DNA of 64,000 nt from Azolla caroliniana (Eukaryota > Plantae > Polypodiophyta), in contig JBHGNT010000017.1 of assembly GCA_043228905.1 (NCBI GenBank), positions 9,424,001-9,488,000 on the forward strand. The letters are read 5' to 3'. Positions 1 through 10,993 of this stretch are shown here, in pieces. The notes beneath the pieces are model-generated. The model made no database searches, had not been told where the DNA came from, and was given only the letters and a program-made list of their open reading frames with translations. The position numbers and the translations under genes were made by a program. The number at the start of each line of letters is the position of its first letter. Within the stretch, counting starts at the first letter, position 1.

Positions 1-21
1 TGGGTCTCTTGCTAGAGACAA

Positions 22-1617
22 ATGATGGATGGGCTGACGACCGACTGGACCGTGGTCAAAGGGGTCTGCAGTCGCTTCGACAAACGGCGAGACTGGGGCG
101 ACGAGAAGTCATCGGTGATGGGACGCACCCCAATAAGGAAGTTCGATTACCCTTCGCCAGCAAGAAAGGAGGAAACTCGGGATTGGCTTGAAACTGGCCC
201 AACGTCGACCAGAGCGGTCAAGGGCCCATCCGGGGGAGCGGCTCTTGAGGAGTTGACACAAATGGTGCGCGACCTGCAGATCGCGCAGGCCTGGAGAGAC
301 AGTGGAGGGCAGCCACGCGACCGAAGGCCACCAGCTGGACAACAGTGTATGTGGTGCAACGTGGTCGGGCACAACCGGCGAGATTGCGTGGAGTTTGCCG
401 AAGCCCTCAGGGTAATGTGGTGTACCTATGGAACGGACGGGTGCACGCTGGTGATACTCGGAGAGAGGTGGAGATGAATTTCGGGCGTGGCGGGATGAAG
501 CGGCTAACGGAAAAAGTGGAGGTGCGCAATGTGGAGGTCGTCCATTATTCAGCATCGGCCAAGATCCGAGTAGGAGGTGACGAAGACCGGAAAATGAAGA
601 AACTCTGGCTTCTGGCCCTCGGTGCTAGAAGGCCTCTCCGGTGGACGACTTAAGAGGGAGGAAGCGAGTCGTGTAGAGCGGCAGGTCCGGGAGGTCACTA
701 GATGGGACGATCTGGTTGAGGAGAAGACCGGTCTCGTGGAAGCTGCGTGCAAGAACTATGAGGTCCTGGTAGAAGACAAGTGTGCGGGAAAGGCCGGAGG
801 TGCCAGGCCCTCACAACTGTTTGAGACCCGGTTTGGGCAGAAGCAAAACGATGGTGGTAACCCCGGTGCATCGGACAAAACGAAGCGGGCCGGTTACCGG
901 TTAAGCACCGAGATTGAAAGGACGACAGACCTACGGAAGGTTCTAGAAGAACGGATCCTCGACAGCAAGGTCGAGCTATCTTTGTGGGAAGTGCTTGGGA
1001 TCGCGAAGAAGGAGTTCCACGATTCCATTGTAGATCTAGTGAAGCACAAGTGGCTCTCTACAAAGTCGGAACCGGAGAAGCTGGTGGAGGTGCGGACGAC
1101 GCATCTGGAGGATGCGGCCCTAGAAGACGAGTTGGCGGATAGTCACTACTCGAAGTTACACTAGACCAGGACCACCACGGAAACCCCTATCCAGATCGGG
1201 GACGTGCAGGAGCCGATGATTGTGTTGATAGACCATGGTTCAGAGATAAACCTGATGTCCATGGACTTCTACAGGAAAGGGAAGTGGCCAATCAATACCA
1301 AGCACGGTTGGAAGATACGCGCGGCAATGCATGCTACAGAGGAGTTTCACGGGCCGTGCCTGAATGTACGCGTGAAGATTGGGGATGTCGAGGTAGACCA
1401 ACATTTCTTCATGCAGGAGACGTCCTCGCACCTGGTGATACTCGGCGAACCGTACATTACGGCGGCACGCATGGAAACAAAGGTGCTTGATAATGGGTCG
1501 GCGTACGCGTGCGTGAGAAGCCAAGATGGACGTCACTCCGTCCAATTCCTGACAATAAGGCCGAACCATGAGAGGAACCGCGAGACCCTCGGCGGCGATA
1601 GCGGAGGGGATTTTTAG
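22..1617 (+). pseudogene. Gypsy-1 gag-protease ORF1 (disrupted)
   Basis: ORFs 22-477, 345-653, 622-1164 and 1204-1617 carry the CCHC knuckle and aspartic protease motif; the frame ends GGDF-stop at 1617. Confidence 0.85.
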
Positions 1618-1675
1618 AGAGGGCTATCAAGGTGTGGGGCCACGATAGTCCGGGCACATTGGAGGAACCCCACAC
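1608..1675 (+). promoter_or_regulatory. Putative -1 programmed ribosomal frameshift signal (slippery site plus pseudoknot)
   Basis: G_GAT_TTT at 1608-1614 directly before TAG; the -1 frame is open into ORF 1632-2084. Stem1 1621-1628 pairs with 1644-1651; stem2 1632-1639 pairs with 1668-1675. Confidence 0.75.
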
Positions 1676-4600
1676 ATGTACCATAGGTAGGAAGTTTTGG
1701 TTCTCCGAGAACGGAGGTTGTACTTTAGCTAGCATCAACGGATGGAAAAGGAAGCGGGCGGAGGAACGGCTCAGGGTATGCCGAGTCCTCGCCCTCGATG
1801 AAGAAATTAGCGGCGCCATAGAGGCGGTTTCTTTTTACAACACCCTGGGGGAATTACTGAAGGTGTTCAAAGAAGGCCTCAGTGAAGACCGGATGATCCC
1901 GGTTAGTTTCTTGGAGATTTACGAAGTCCTCGCTAACTTCGGGGAAGGGGTTGGGTCTGACAGGACGGCCTGCATGGATACCAAGTACAAGACTGTGGAC
2001 CGGAAGGTGAGGCCAGTCGTGGCACTCTTGCCGGAGGGCAGCAAGGAATGGATAAATGGGGTCGCATCGGACCCGAGTCTATGAGATCTGGCCGGCATAG
2101 GGCACCGATTCACTAACACGACGCTACGGGAGCTCAAGGTCGGTGGGGGTGGGTTCCTACTGCCGGCGGAAGAGGATGCTTGGGAGGCATAGGAAAGCCT
2201 TCGCATTCTCACCAGGGGAAATCGGGTGCGTGGACCTGACAATTGTTGAACCAATGGTAATCTTCACGGTACTGCACGTACCGTGGAATCTCGAACCGAT
2301 TTCGGTACCCAGAGCTCACATCCCAAAGCTCATGGAGCTACTGAAGCAGAAGGTGGAGATGGGCATCCTCGAGTTGTCGAGTGCCCCATATTCAAACCGG
2401 TGGTTTACAGTGCCAAAGAAGAACGGCACACTGCGCTTCATTTAGGACCTGCAACCGGTCAATAAAGTGACCATTCGAAATGCAGGTATCGGTCTGACCG
2501 TTGATGATTTTGTAGAGGCCTTCGCCGGAAGGTCGATCTATTCGGTCGGGGATCTATACTTGGGGTACGACCAGTTCCAACTAGCCGTGAGAAGCAGGGA
2601 TATTACGATGATGTGAACCCCTCTTGACCTAGTACGGATGTGTACCTTGCCGCAAGGATGGACCAACTTGGTGGCGCACATGGTGAATGCTATGAACAAA
2701 GTACTGAGGGACTGCATCCCGGACATCACCATGCCATTCCTAGACGACACCTTGATAAAGGGGTGTCCGGTGGAAGAGAGGGACGAGATAGTTGGAGTAG
2801 ATGGATGCTGGAGGTTCGTGGTAGACCACGTCGAGGACTGCAAGAAGGTGTTACAGAGGCTTGAAAGGGTGAAGCTCACCTTCTCCGGAGAGAAGTCGAC
2901 GTTCGGGCAGTCAAAGATGCTAGTAGTCGGGCACATGTGCGGGCCCTATGGCCAGAAACTGTCTCTGGCAAAGGTAGAAGCAATCTCCGTCATGAAGGAA
3001 GAATGCAAGTCGGTAACGGAGGTGCGGAGGTTCCAGAGAGCGTGTGCATTTTATCACATCTGGATTCTGCATTACGCGCACATAGCAGAGCCACTTTACG
3101 GCTTGTTAAAGAAGGGGCGCAAGTTCGAGTGGGGGACAGAGCATGTAGAATCGGTGCAGAGGTTGAAGGACGCGGTTTACGACAAGAACGTTCCAATCTA
3201 TGTAACCATGGACACAAGCCCGACTGGGATAAGATGGGTGATCAGTCAGGAAGATGAGGACGGTACGATGTTCCCTATCCGTTTTGGGGCAAAGGTACTT
3301 AGCGAGCGGCAATGAGGATACTCCCAGGTTAAGTGCGAACTCTGGGGCATCGTTTCGGCAGTCAAAGCCGACAAAGACTATCTAATTGGGACGGAAGTGA
3401 TAATTGAGACAGATTGTCTGCCGATCCTCGGTATGGTTTCCGGATGCGCGATGTTGAACCTGGCGATGCTCAGGTGGATCGCGTACATAAAATCTCTAAA
3501 CCCGGAGATACGACACATATCCAGGAAGGACAACGCCATGGCCGATATGCTTTCAAGAGCGAGGTTTGACGACGAAAACGGCATGGGTTCAGAAGACGAA
3601 GAGGTCGGCGTGGACTTCTTCGAGTTAGCGCACGTGACAACAAGGGTAGGGGGCACTCTGGCACTGAGCGAGTTCAACGAGAGAGAGTATGATGGGGAGT
3701 GGCTCCAGATCGGAAGATTCCTCAGGACGATGACGCTAGATACCACGTGGACGAGGGATGAAGCTAACTGGATCCGGAGGAAAGCTTATTGATTCCTCCT
3801 ACGGGATGAGAGCATTTGGAGGCACCCAAAGAAACGAGGTAACGTCCCACTACGTGTAGTAGCAAGGAAAGAGGAGCAAGAGGTGCTGCCTGTGGTGTAC
3901 CACGAGAGTCACTGGGCCGGGCACTGTGGCACTTGGGCCACCTTCGAGAAGCTGAAGGAGAAGTATTGGTGGCCGGGGCTATACTAGGATGTGCACCAAT
4001 TCGTGACAACGTGCGGAAGCTGCTACATGCATTCCATAGTCTGACATCGGGATGAGTTGCACCCGACTTACCCGCCGATTGTCCACTTCAAGTGGATGGT
4101 GGATTTGGTGATGATGCCGATGGGAGTAGGGCAGATGCGGTACCTGGTGCTGGCGTGGGAGGATTTGAAAAACCAAGTGGAGGGTTGCGCACTACAAAAC
4201 AAAATGACTGCGGCAGTCTACCGGTTCCTGATTGAAGAAGTAGTATGCCGGTACGGGTGTGTAGGGAAGATCGTGGGGGACTGAGGAGAGCTGGACACGC
4301 ATGAGGCTGAGGAGTTGTTCAATCGGTTGGGAGTCAAGCTCTCTCTGACTACGGCATACAATCCTGACGCGAACAGGAAGGTAGAGCGCGGGCACGGGCC
4401 AATCATGAAGGCACTAGTATGAGCATGTGCAGGACGGGTCGGGAATTGGCCGCGGCTCCTCCCTTACGCGTTGTGGGCGGACCGGACTACGCATAGTTTG
4501 GTAATCGGGTTCATGCCAGCAGACCTGATGTACGGGCAAAAGACGATCATGGCGGTAAAACGAACGATCTCCTCATGGGTGGCGATAGATTGGAGGGGTG

Positions 4601-5037
4601 AGATGAGCCGGGAAGAGCTGTTGGCGGCGCGGATTCGACAGCTCGAGCGAAGACCGGAGGACGTGGAACGGGCAAAGGTGAAGCTGCGTATGACAAGAGA
4701 AAGGAACAAAGACAGGTTCGATCGAACACATCGACTGCGGCCAAAGAAGATCGAAGAAGGTGACTGGGTGCTGGTCTACGACAATAGCCTCGACAATCAA
4801 CACAAGGCAGCGCGTAAGTTTGCAAAGAGATGGTTTGGGCCCTACACTTTGACAAGGACGAACAACAACGGCACTTATCATCTTTTGGAGCTCGACGGAG
4901 CGCGGATAGCGGTGCCGGTGGCCGGTAAGCGGATAAAGGTGTTCAAGAAACATTATGCCGACGGACCGGACCCGGCTAGCGCAAATGATGGTAACAACTG
5001 GACCGGCACAAACGATGACTTAGAGGATGAAGAATGA
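1608..5037 (+). pseudogene. Gypsy-1 RT-RNase H-integrase ORF2 (disrupted)
   Basis: ORFs 1632-2084, 2143-2445, 2638-3315, 3397-3792, 4057-4284 and 4471-5037 give consecutive pol motifs separated by stops and frameshifts. Confidence 0.9.
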
Positions 5038-5111
5038 TCACGGGCTAGTCTTCTCTGGGCAGATGGACAATCTAGCACGTATCGGAGGACGTGTGGTTTG
5101 GTGGGGGTGGA

Positions 5112-5469
5112 TGTCGTGAAGAAAACCGGCCCTAAGAAGAATCAAAGAATTAAAGGCGTGAACCCGCCTTTGCATGAGTGTGCACGAATTGATACATTGT
5201 ACATAACTAGGAGTAGGACGGTTGATGTAAACATACTAGGTATTAGATATTTATTAGGAAATCGATGCGTATCTTTGTCCGTAGGGACAGAGTCTCTGGA
5301 GGGTTGCCATCATTGTATTTGTCACTGTTATTGGAATTGAATCTCTTCTTTCTATGTTATCTGTGTTTCCGGGAGTGTCTTCTTTCACTTCTCTCGAGTG
5401 TTCTCCTTGATTAAGTCAGTATACGCGTTGGCGGTTCAATCAGCGGGCAAGTGCCGCCGGTTGCTGACA
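5112..5469 (+). repeat. Gypsy-1 3' LTR
   Basis: Follows the G-rich PPT ggtgggggtgga (5100-5111); TGTC...GACA termini. The partner LTR is not in the window, so the right end is inferred. Confidence 0.65.
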
Positions 5470-5959
5470 GGTCTAACAGATCTTACACTAGCGTGCTTCT
5501 CGCTTCCTCTTGTCTCTCTTGCTCCTTGGTTCAGGGCCCCCGTGGTCCCGCCTTATTCACACGCGAAAGCGTAGCAACGCGACACCGTAAAAGAACTAAT
5601 CTTTCTACACACAATGGTAAGGGGTTATCTCCCCTGTAACCTAGATTACAATTTAATCTAAAGTTATAGTTACAAGTCAGTTGACACATAGTCGAGTTGG
5701 TGGAGGTAGAGTCGATATCTAGCCTGATTCGGCTAGTCATCTGGGCCGGCTTGTTCGAATTGGTCGGTCTTTGACTTACCTTCTGCTCCTTAGTTGGTGC
5801 TCTTCGGCTCGGTCGCTTGTCATAGTCCCATCCTTGTCCTTAGTGCTACAAAGTATTGTTCTAGGAGTGGCTTCATCAGGCAATCGACGATGTTTACCTC
5901 CGTGTCGATCTTCCGAACTTCGAGCTTCTTCTATGTTATGAGCTCCCGGATGTGATGAA

Positions 5960-6369
5960 ACCATACCTCAATGTGTTTCATCTTCGCATGATAGATTGGG
6001 TTTCGAATGAGGTGTATTGTGCTCTATGAGTTGCAATAGATGGTCGGTGTTGGATGCTCGATTTGTCTTGTAGCCAGGAAGTCGGATGTCAGTTAGTGCA
6101 CCTAGATGGCATCCTTCGTTGCCCCTAATGTTGTTATGTATTCAGCCTCTGTGGTAGACAGGGTCGTGCACTCTTGTAGCTTCGACTTCCATGATATGGC
6201 GCTACCGCCATAGATGAAGATGTGTCCTGATGTCGACTTCTGATTGTCCATATTTCTAGCATAGTCAGAGTCAGTATAACCTTTGATTTCGGTCGGGTTT
6301 GCCGATCCGAAAGTCATTTGTGCATCCTCAGTCCCTTTTAGGTACCTGAAGATGTTCTTGATGGTCTCC
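5960..6369 (-). pseudogene. Copia A, RT end and RNase H (left half of an element split by Copia B)
   Basis: ETIKNIFRYLKGT...GYTDSDYA...KSTSG...SWKSKLQ...STTEAEY; continues the RT that stops at 58189. Confidence 0.85.
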
Positions 6370-6803
6370 TATGAATGTTAACGTGCAGAAGCATTTAGAC
6401 AGAATCGGCTCAGCCAGATAGCAACAGAGAATAAGATGAAGGTTTAGTGGAGAAGCTTAATACACAGAGAGTATACATGGGAGAGACAAAGAGAGCAGAA
6501 CATAAATGTTGATTCAAAATAATTAAACCACTCTGTAACTCTGTACATAGAATGTGCTCAACAACACTATTTATACAAGTCCTCAAAAGGATTGACAGAA
6601 GTACTATGTACTTCAATGCTCATACGAGCGACTGACACTAACTACGAGACAATGATTACCTAGTATTTTAGGCTACTACTAGGATTCCGGTTCCTACTCG
6701 AGTCCGGCTCTTCGATCTGTCTCACTGATCCGGCCGGTTGTATCCGGATAACAATCCGGCTTTGGCTTATTCAACCGGTCCATATCCGGTTGAGGTTGCT
6801 CAA
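6370..6803 (-). repeat. Copia B 3' LTR (PPT-proximal end deleted)
   Basis: Aligns along its length with 57777-58188, with more than 10% mostly transition differences. Confidence 0.85.
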
Positions 6804-7181
6804 CTTGAGGTCGGATCGTGATGTCAATGTCTGTGGCAACCGGTCCTTCCACCCAGCACCTTCTAGCATCGTCCCACCTTGCTCGCGCTCCTCGTCCGGT
6901 CTGGTCATGTTTGCTGTGACCCTTCTGGCTCGGCGCACCTCGACCTCCTCGGCCGGCTTGTCTGCTCAACGGGCCCATTTCAGCTCCCTTGCTGCTACGA
7001 CTCCGACGCTTGTTGACCTGTCGGTTCCTTCATGTTGGCGTCGACTTCCGCTGCGTCCGTGTTCGCTTAGCCTTTACTTGATCCGGCTTCTCCAAATCTT
7101 GAACCGAATAAACTTCCTTCGATTCGTTCCTGCTCTTGTCCGAGTTGGTAGTTTCCAACTCATCTTCCGTTTTTAGGCCCT

Positions 7182-7591
7182 TCACCACATCGGACCACGT
7201 TCGGGTCTTGGCCTTCTTCTGGTCGGCTTTGTCCTTCTTGACTCTACCGTCGCTACCGCTTGCTCTGACTTGTTCGGATGTGCTGACTCCCTCGGTCGAC
7301 TCGGCTCCCTTTTTCTACTCATGTCCCATCTTGGTTTTTTCTTCCTCTCCGGGTCCTTGTTTGGGGCCATCACCAATGCCTTTGCCCGTTCCTGGTCTCT
7401 CAAGTGCAGCACGTCGAGATGTTGTACACCACACATTTCAGAGAAGTGATGCAACTTGTCCGATCCGAGCGGTTTGGTGAAGATGTCGGCAACTTGCCAA
7501 TTCGTCTGAACATACCAAAGTTTGATATCATTGCTCAAAACCCGCTCACGCACAAAGTGATAGTGGACTTCTATGTGCTTCGTCCGAGCAT
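7182..7591 (-). pseudogene. Copia B RNase H C-terminus plus 3' extension
   Basis: ARTKHIEVHYHFVRERVL...QVADIFTKPL. Confidence 0.85.
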
Positions 7592-9278
7592 AGAGGCCTA
7601 GCTACCTTCATTTGATGATATCTTTTGACTACGTTGAGACTTTGTTTCGTGGTGGGTCAACTTTTGTAGCGAGCGCGCCAACACTAGGTACGATTTGACG
7701 CCATGACAGTGGTATGGGACGCCGATCGAGGCTCGAGTCCGTCTCGATCCCTTCGCTCGGGGGTGGTCGGGTGGATTGGTACCATTCTTTTATCCTTATC
7801 ATATGCTTACATTAGATCATTTCTCTAATAGTTGGTTTTAAAGCTCATGTTCTAATGTTTCTTTTGTTGTCTTTTGTCTTCTTGATTGATGGTGATTGAT
7901 CGATGTGCGGTCGGCCTTGATCCAGACAGCGATCAACCTATTTTCTTTCTTGTTTTTCTTTCTATTTTTTCTTCTCCCTTGCATATGTGTTTGGTGTCGT
8001 ATGCATATGAAGTCAATACCTCAATTGCGTATTACGATTAACCCTTATTTTTAGATGTTCGTGTGCGTAAAAGGTATATGCCTCGATTACGTATCTCGAT
8101 TACATCATTTTTGGCTATTTTATATTACAATTTCTTTTATATATGCATATGTGGTCATGTGTATACGTATTTGATCGTATATATGTGATAATATACATAT
8201 GTGTATATAAGTTATTACGTGATTTCAATATCGAATGTTTTCCTTTTCGGGTAAAGGATCTTGGTGGCCGTCCTCACATTTTTGTGAGAATGGCGTTGTC
8301 ACCATCCCTTTTTCAACAAATTTTTATTGTTGACATCCCCGTTGGTGACTTTGATTTCGTTATGTAATGAAACAATCTTAGTCACAATGGTGTTGAGAAC
8401 CTAGGGCTTGACCCACTTGATGTGAGGTCACTCTTATGACACACATATCCAACATCCCTCCCTCATTACATGGATACGATGCCACCATGAAATAATTCTT
8501 ACGAAAGGTATTCGTAATGACGTAACCATGTGATGGGCCACATGGGCCTACTACGAAAAGAGGGCTCATTTGGCTTGACCATTAGGTTGCACTTTGGTGT
8601 ATACCATCGTAATTATGAGACTCGAGGTTAGGTAACGTACCAACAAAGTTTGTGGTAAACGAGGGGGAAATAAGGACTCTTGACATATATGTTTCTTTTA
8701 AAAAAAACATATATGGGCAAATGCCTCACATATCTCTTATACGCATTAAATATTAAACATTCAAGAAGAGCAACCTACTTGGTTGGTTGAAGTGTTTAAT
8801 GCATTTGTTCTCGAGGTCTCGAGTTCAAACATGACCAAGACCATACAACATCGTTGATACATATGATTATAACACATGTTTAGACTTGAGGTCTAAGTGC
8901 ACTTCGGGGTCCTCGTAATAGGACTTAAAGAGCTGAAACCACGTATGTGGGCACCAAAACATAGTTTATTGTTAACATTTTTTTCATGTATAAACTATTC
9001 ATGACGCGAACATACATGGTTGAGCCTCGGGGAGCCGCCATGAGAAAATCGATATAGAGATTAGGGAAAGATATTAATTTGTCACCCCCATGGTTTTTAA
9101 AACACCTTTGTGTTACCATAGTAACATAATCTTCAACCTAATCTCATACGTCTAGAGGGGTATTGATGTAAGATCATGATATCGATTAATGTTTGCCCAT
9201 GATATGTTTACATCACGACATGATGTTACGACTATTTGTCTGACCTTATCCTTTTTCTTTGCCAGAAATAATCATTCA

Positions 9279-9616
9279 ATGGCTCAAAATAACGACTCGA
9301 TGTCATCCGCTTAAGCGGAAGGAACTCAAGGAAATCCTCCCGGACAAATTTCCATTGAGATGTATTTTTCACAAATAAGCGAATACCTTAGTTTCACTGC
9401 TCAACAGATGACCGAACTTCGGCAATCTCAAAGTGCTCTCGACGCACGTGTCATTAGTTTACAACGTGAGACTAATAGACCGGAGGAGCGACAGGGTGAA
9501 CCATCATTTGGTGTTAAGCCATTTACGGGAGAAAAAAAGGAAAGAATTGAATAAGCAATCTTCACGTGGCTGGGCCGATGGGAGTCTCATTTTGAGCTCT
9601 ATCCCACACTAGATAG
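9279..9616 (+). pseudogene. Gypsy C gag N-terminus
   Basis: ATG at 9279; degenerate frame includes GVKPFTGE...WLGRWE; cut at 9617 by a Copia LTR. Confidence 0.55.
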
Positions 9617-9697
9617 TGTTGGGGACAAGGTCGTCAGTGCGGAAGAACAAAACAACATATGTGATGTTGAAGGACCTGTGTATAAGAATGAAACAAG

Positions 9698-9701
<4 letters not shown>

Positions 9702-9735
<34 letters not shown>
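9702..9735. repeat. (AG)n microsatellite inside the Copia F LTR
   Basis: Uninterrupted ag dinucleotide run. Confidence 0.9.
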
Positions 9736-9739
<4 letters not shown>

Positions 9740-10556
9740 GCACAAAGAAACATTTTATTTCTTAATAGCAACAGTTACAAAATGACAACCACCCTTCACT
9801 AAAGGTTACAGAGTCACTTTATATAGTAACTATCCTAGGGCAACTGTCCTTTATGCTATTTACAGAAATAGCCCAAACTTGGGTTGTCCAAAGGGACAGT
9901 GTGAATACGGCCATTATACACTTGTATTCGACACTCCCCGGTAATGGGCGTATACATGGGTTATCATAAATTATAGGTATATACAAGGTTTATTGAACAG
10001 ATCGGTTTTGTTCGAGTCGGCAAGATCTGAAGAAAGAAGACCGAACCGGTCGGGTCGGAAAAGCTGAAGCCGATCCTCAAAGAACCGATGTCGGTTGTCC
10101 GAAACCATCCTGTGCTGTGTGTCCGACTTTTGAACCAGACCGATTTTTTGTTACGCCCATCTGGTGCCGAAGGGACCGGAAGCGATCCACCGAAAGACAC
10201 TTGGTCATTCCATCTGCGATATTATCGGTTGTGGATATCTTCTCGAGACCGATTTTCCCTGAAATGATGCAGTCCCGAACAAAGTGATGTCGAATGTCGA
10301 TATGCTTGGAGGCGTTTTGGTGAACCGGATTTTTTGACAAAGCAACAACACCCTGACTGTCGTTGTAGACAACTGGAGCTGAGTCGAGGTTGACTTGTCG
10401 AAACGTGTGCGCCAGCCGACCAAGCCATAAAGCTTCTTTTGCCGCGTCAGACGCAACTACATATTCCGCTTCGGTCGTTGAGGTGGTTGTGCACTCCTGA
10501 AGTTTCGACTTCCACCAGATTGCTCCATTGCTGAATTTGAAACAATATCCGGTTGT

Positions 10557-10982
10557 TGTCAGGAATAGTACTAAAGCAAAGATGGAATTAGTACTAAGAA
10601 GAGTAGTACTATTAGTACTAAGAGGACGGGACTGCGTAAGATTCCCGAGAGAGAGGAAGTGAGAAGAGGAGAGAGAGAGAAATAGGATGATGACAGCATC
10701 TCTTATATTATATGGAAGATAAGTACAAATCGGCTAAGAGGCTTAAGACTGGTGTTGAACCAATTTGGTTCAAAACAATGCCTTGTGCCTCCTTTTATAG
10801 TGTTTTTAGGAATAATCCTGAAGCTTCTAGAATGTTCCAGAGAGATCTGGAATATACATCAATTTTCTATGATAAAGCATAAATGAAAATAATATCCAAC
10901 AAAATACAATTCATAGTCTAATGGTAAGAGCTCAACCCATGTAGCATAATGTCATGGGTTCGAGTCTTGCCATATCATGACA
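10557..10982 (-). repeat. Gypsy E 3' LTR
   Basis: Direct repeat of 15347-15772; TGTCA...TGACA termini. Confidence 0.97.
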
Positions 10983-10993
10983 CTATCTCCCCC

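Larger units (their letters stand above)
1..5469 (+). mobile_element. Degenerate Ty3/Gypsy element (Gypsy-1); 5' end lies outside the window
   Basis: Domain order: Gag zinc knuckle (CMWCNVVGHNRRDC), protease (LIDHGSEINLM), RT (LPQGWTN...PFLDD), RNase H (DTSPTG...IETDCLP), integrase (WMVDLV...GPY), then PPT and LTR. Many stops and frameshifts. Confidence 0.93.

Noticed and set aside
5470-5960. Possible 3' LTR and PPT of Copia A
   Set aside because: No partner LTR is in the window and there is no clear TG...CA/PPT boundary; left unassigned.
10905-10982. A genuine tRNA gene
   Set aside because: A and B boxes are present, but I could not form acceptor and anticodon stems; it is reported only as a promoter-like module.
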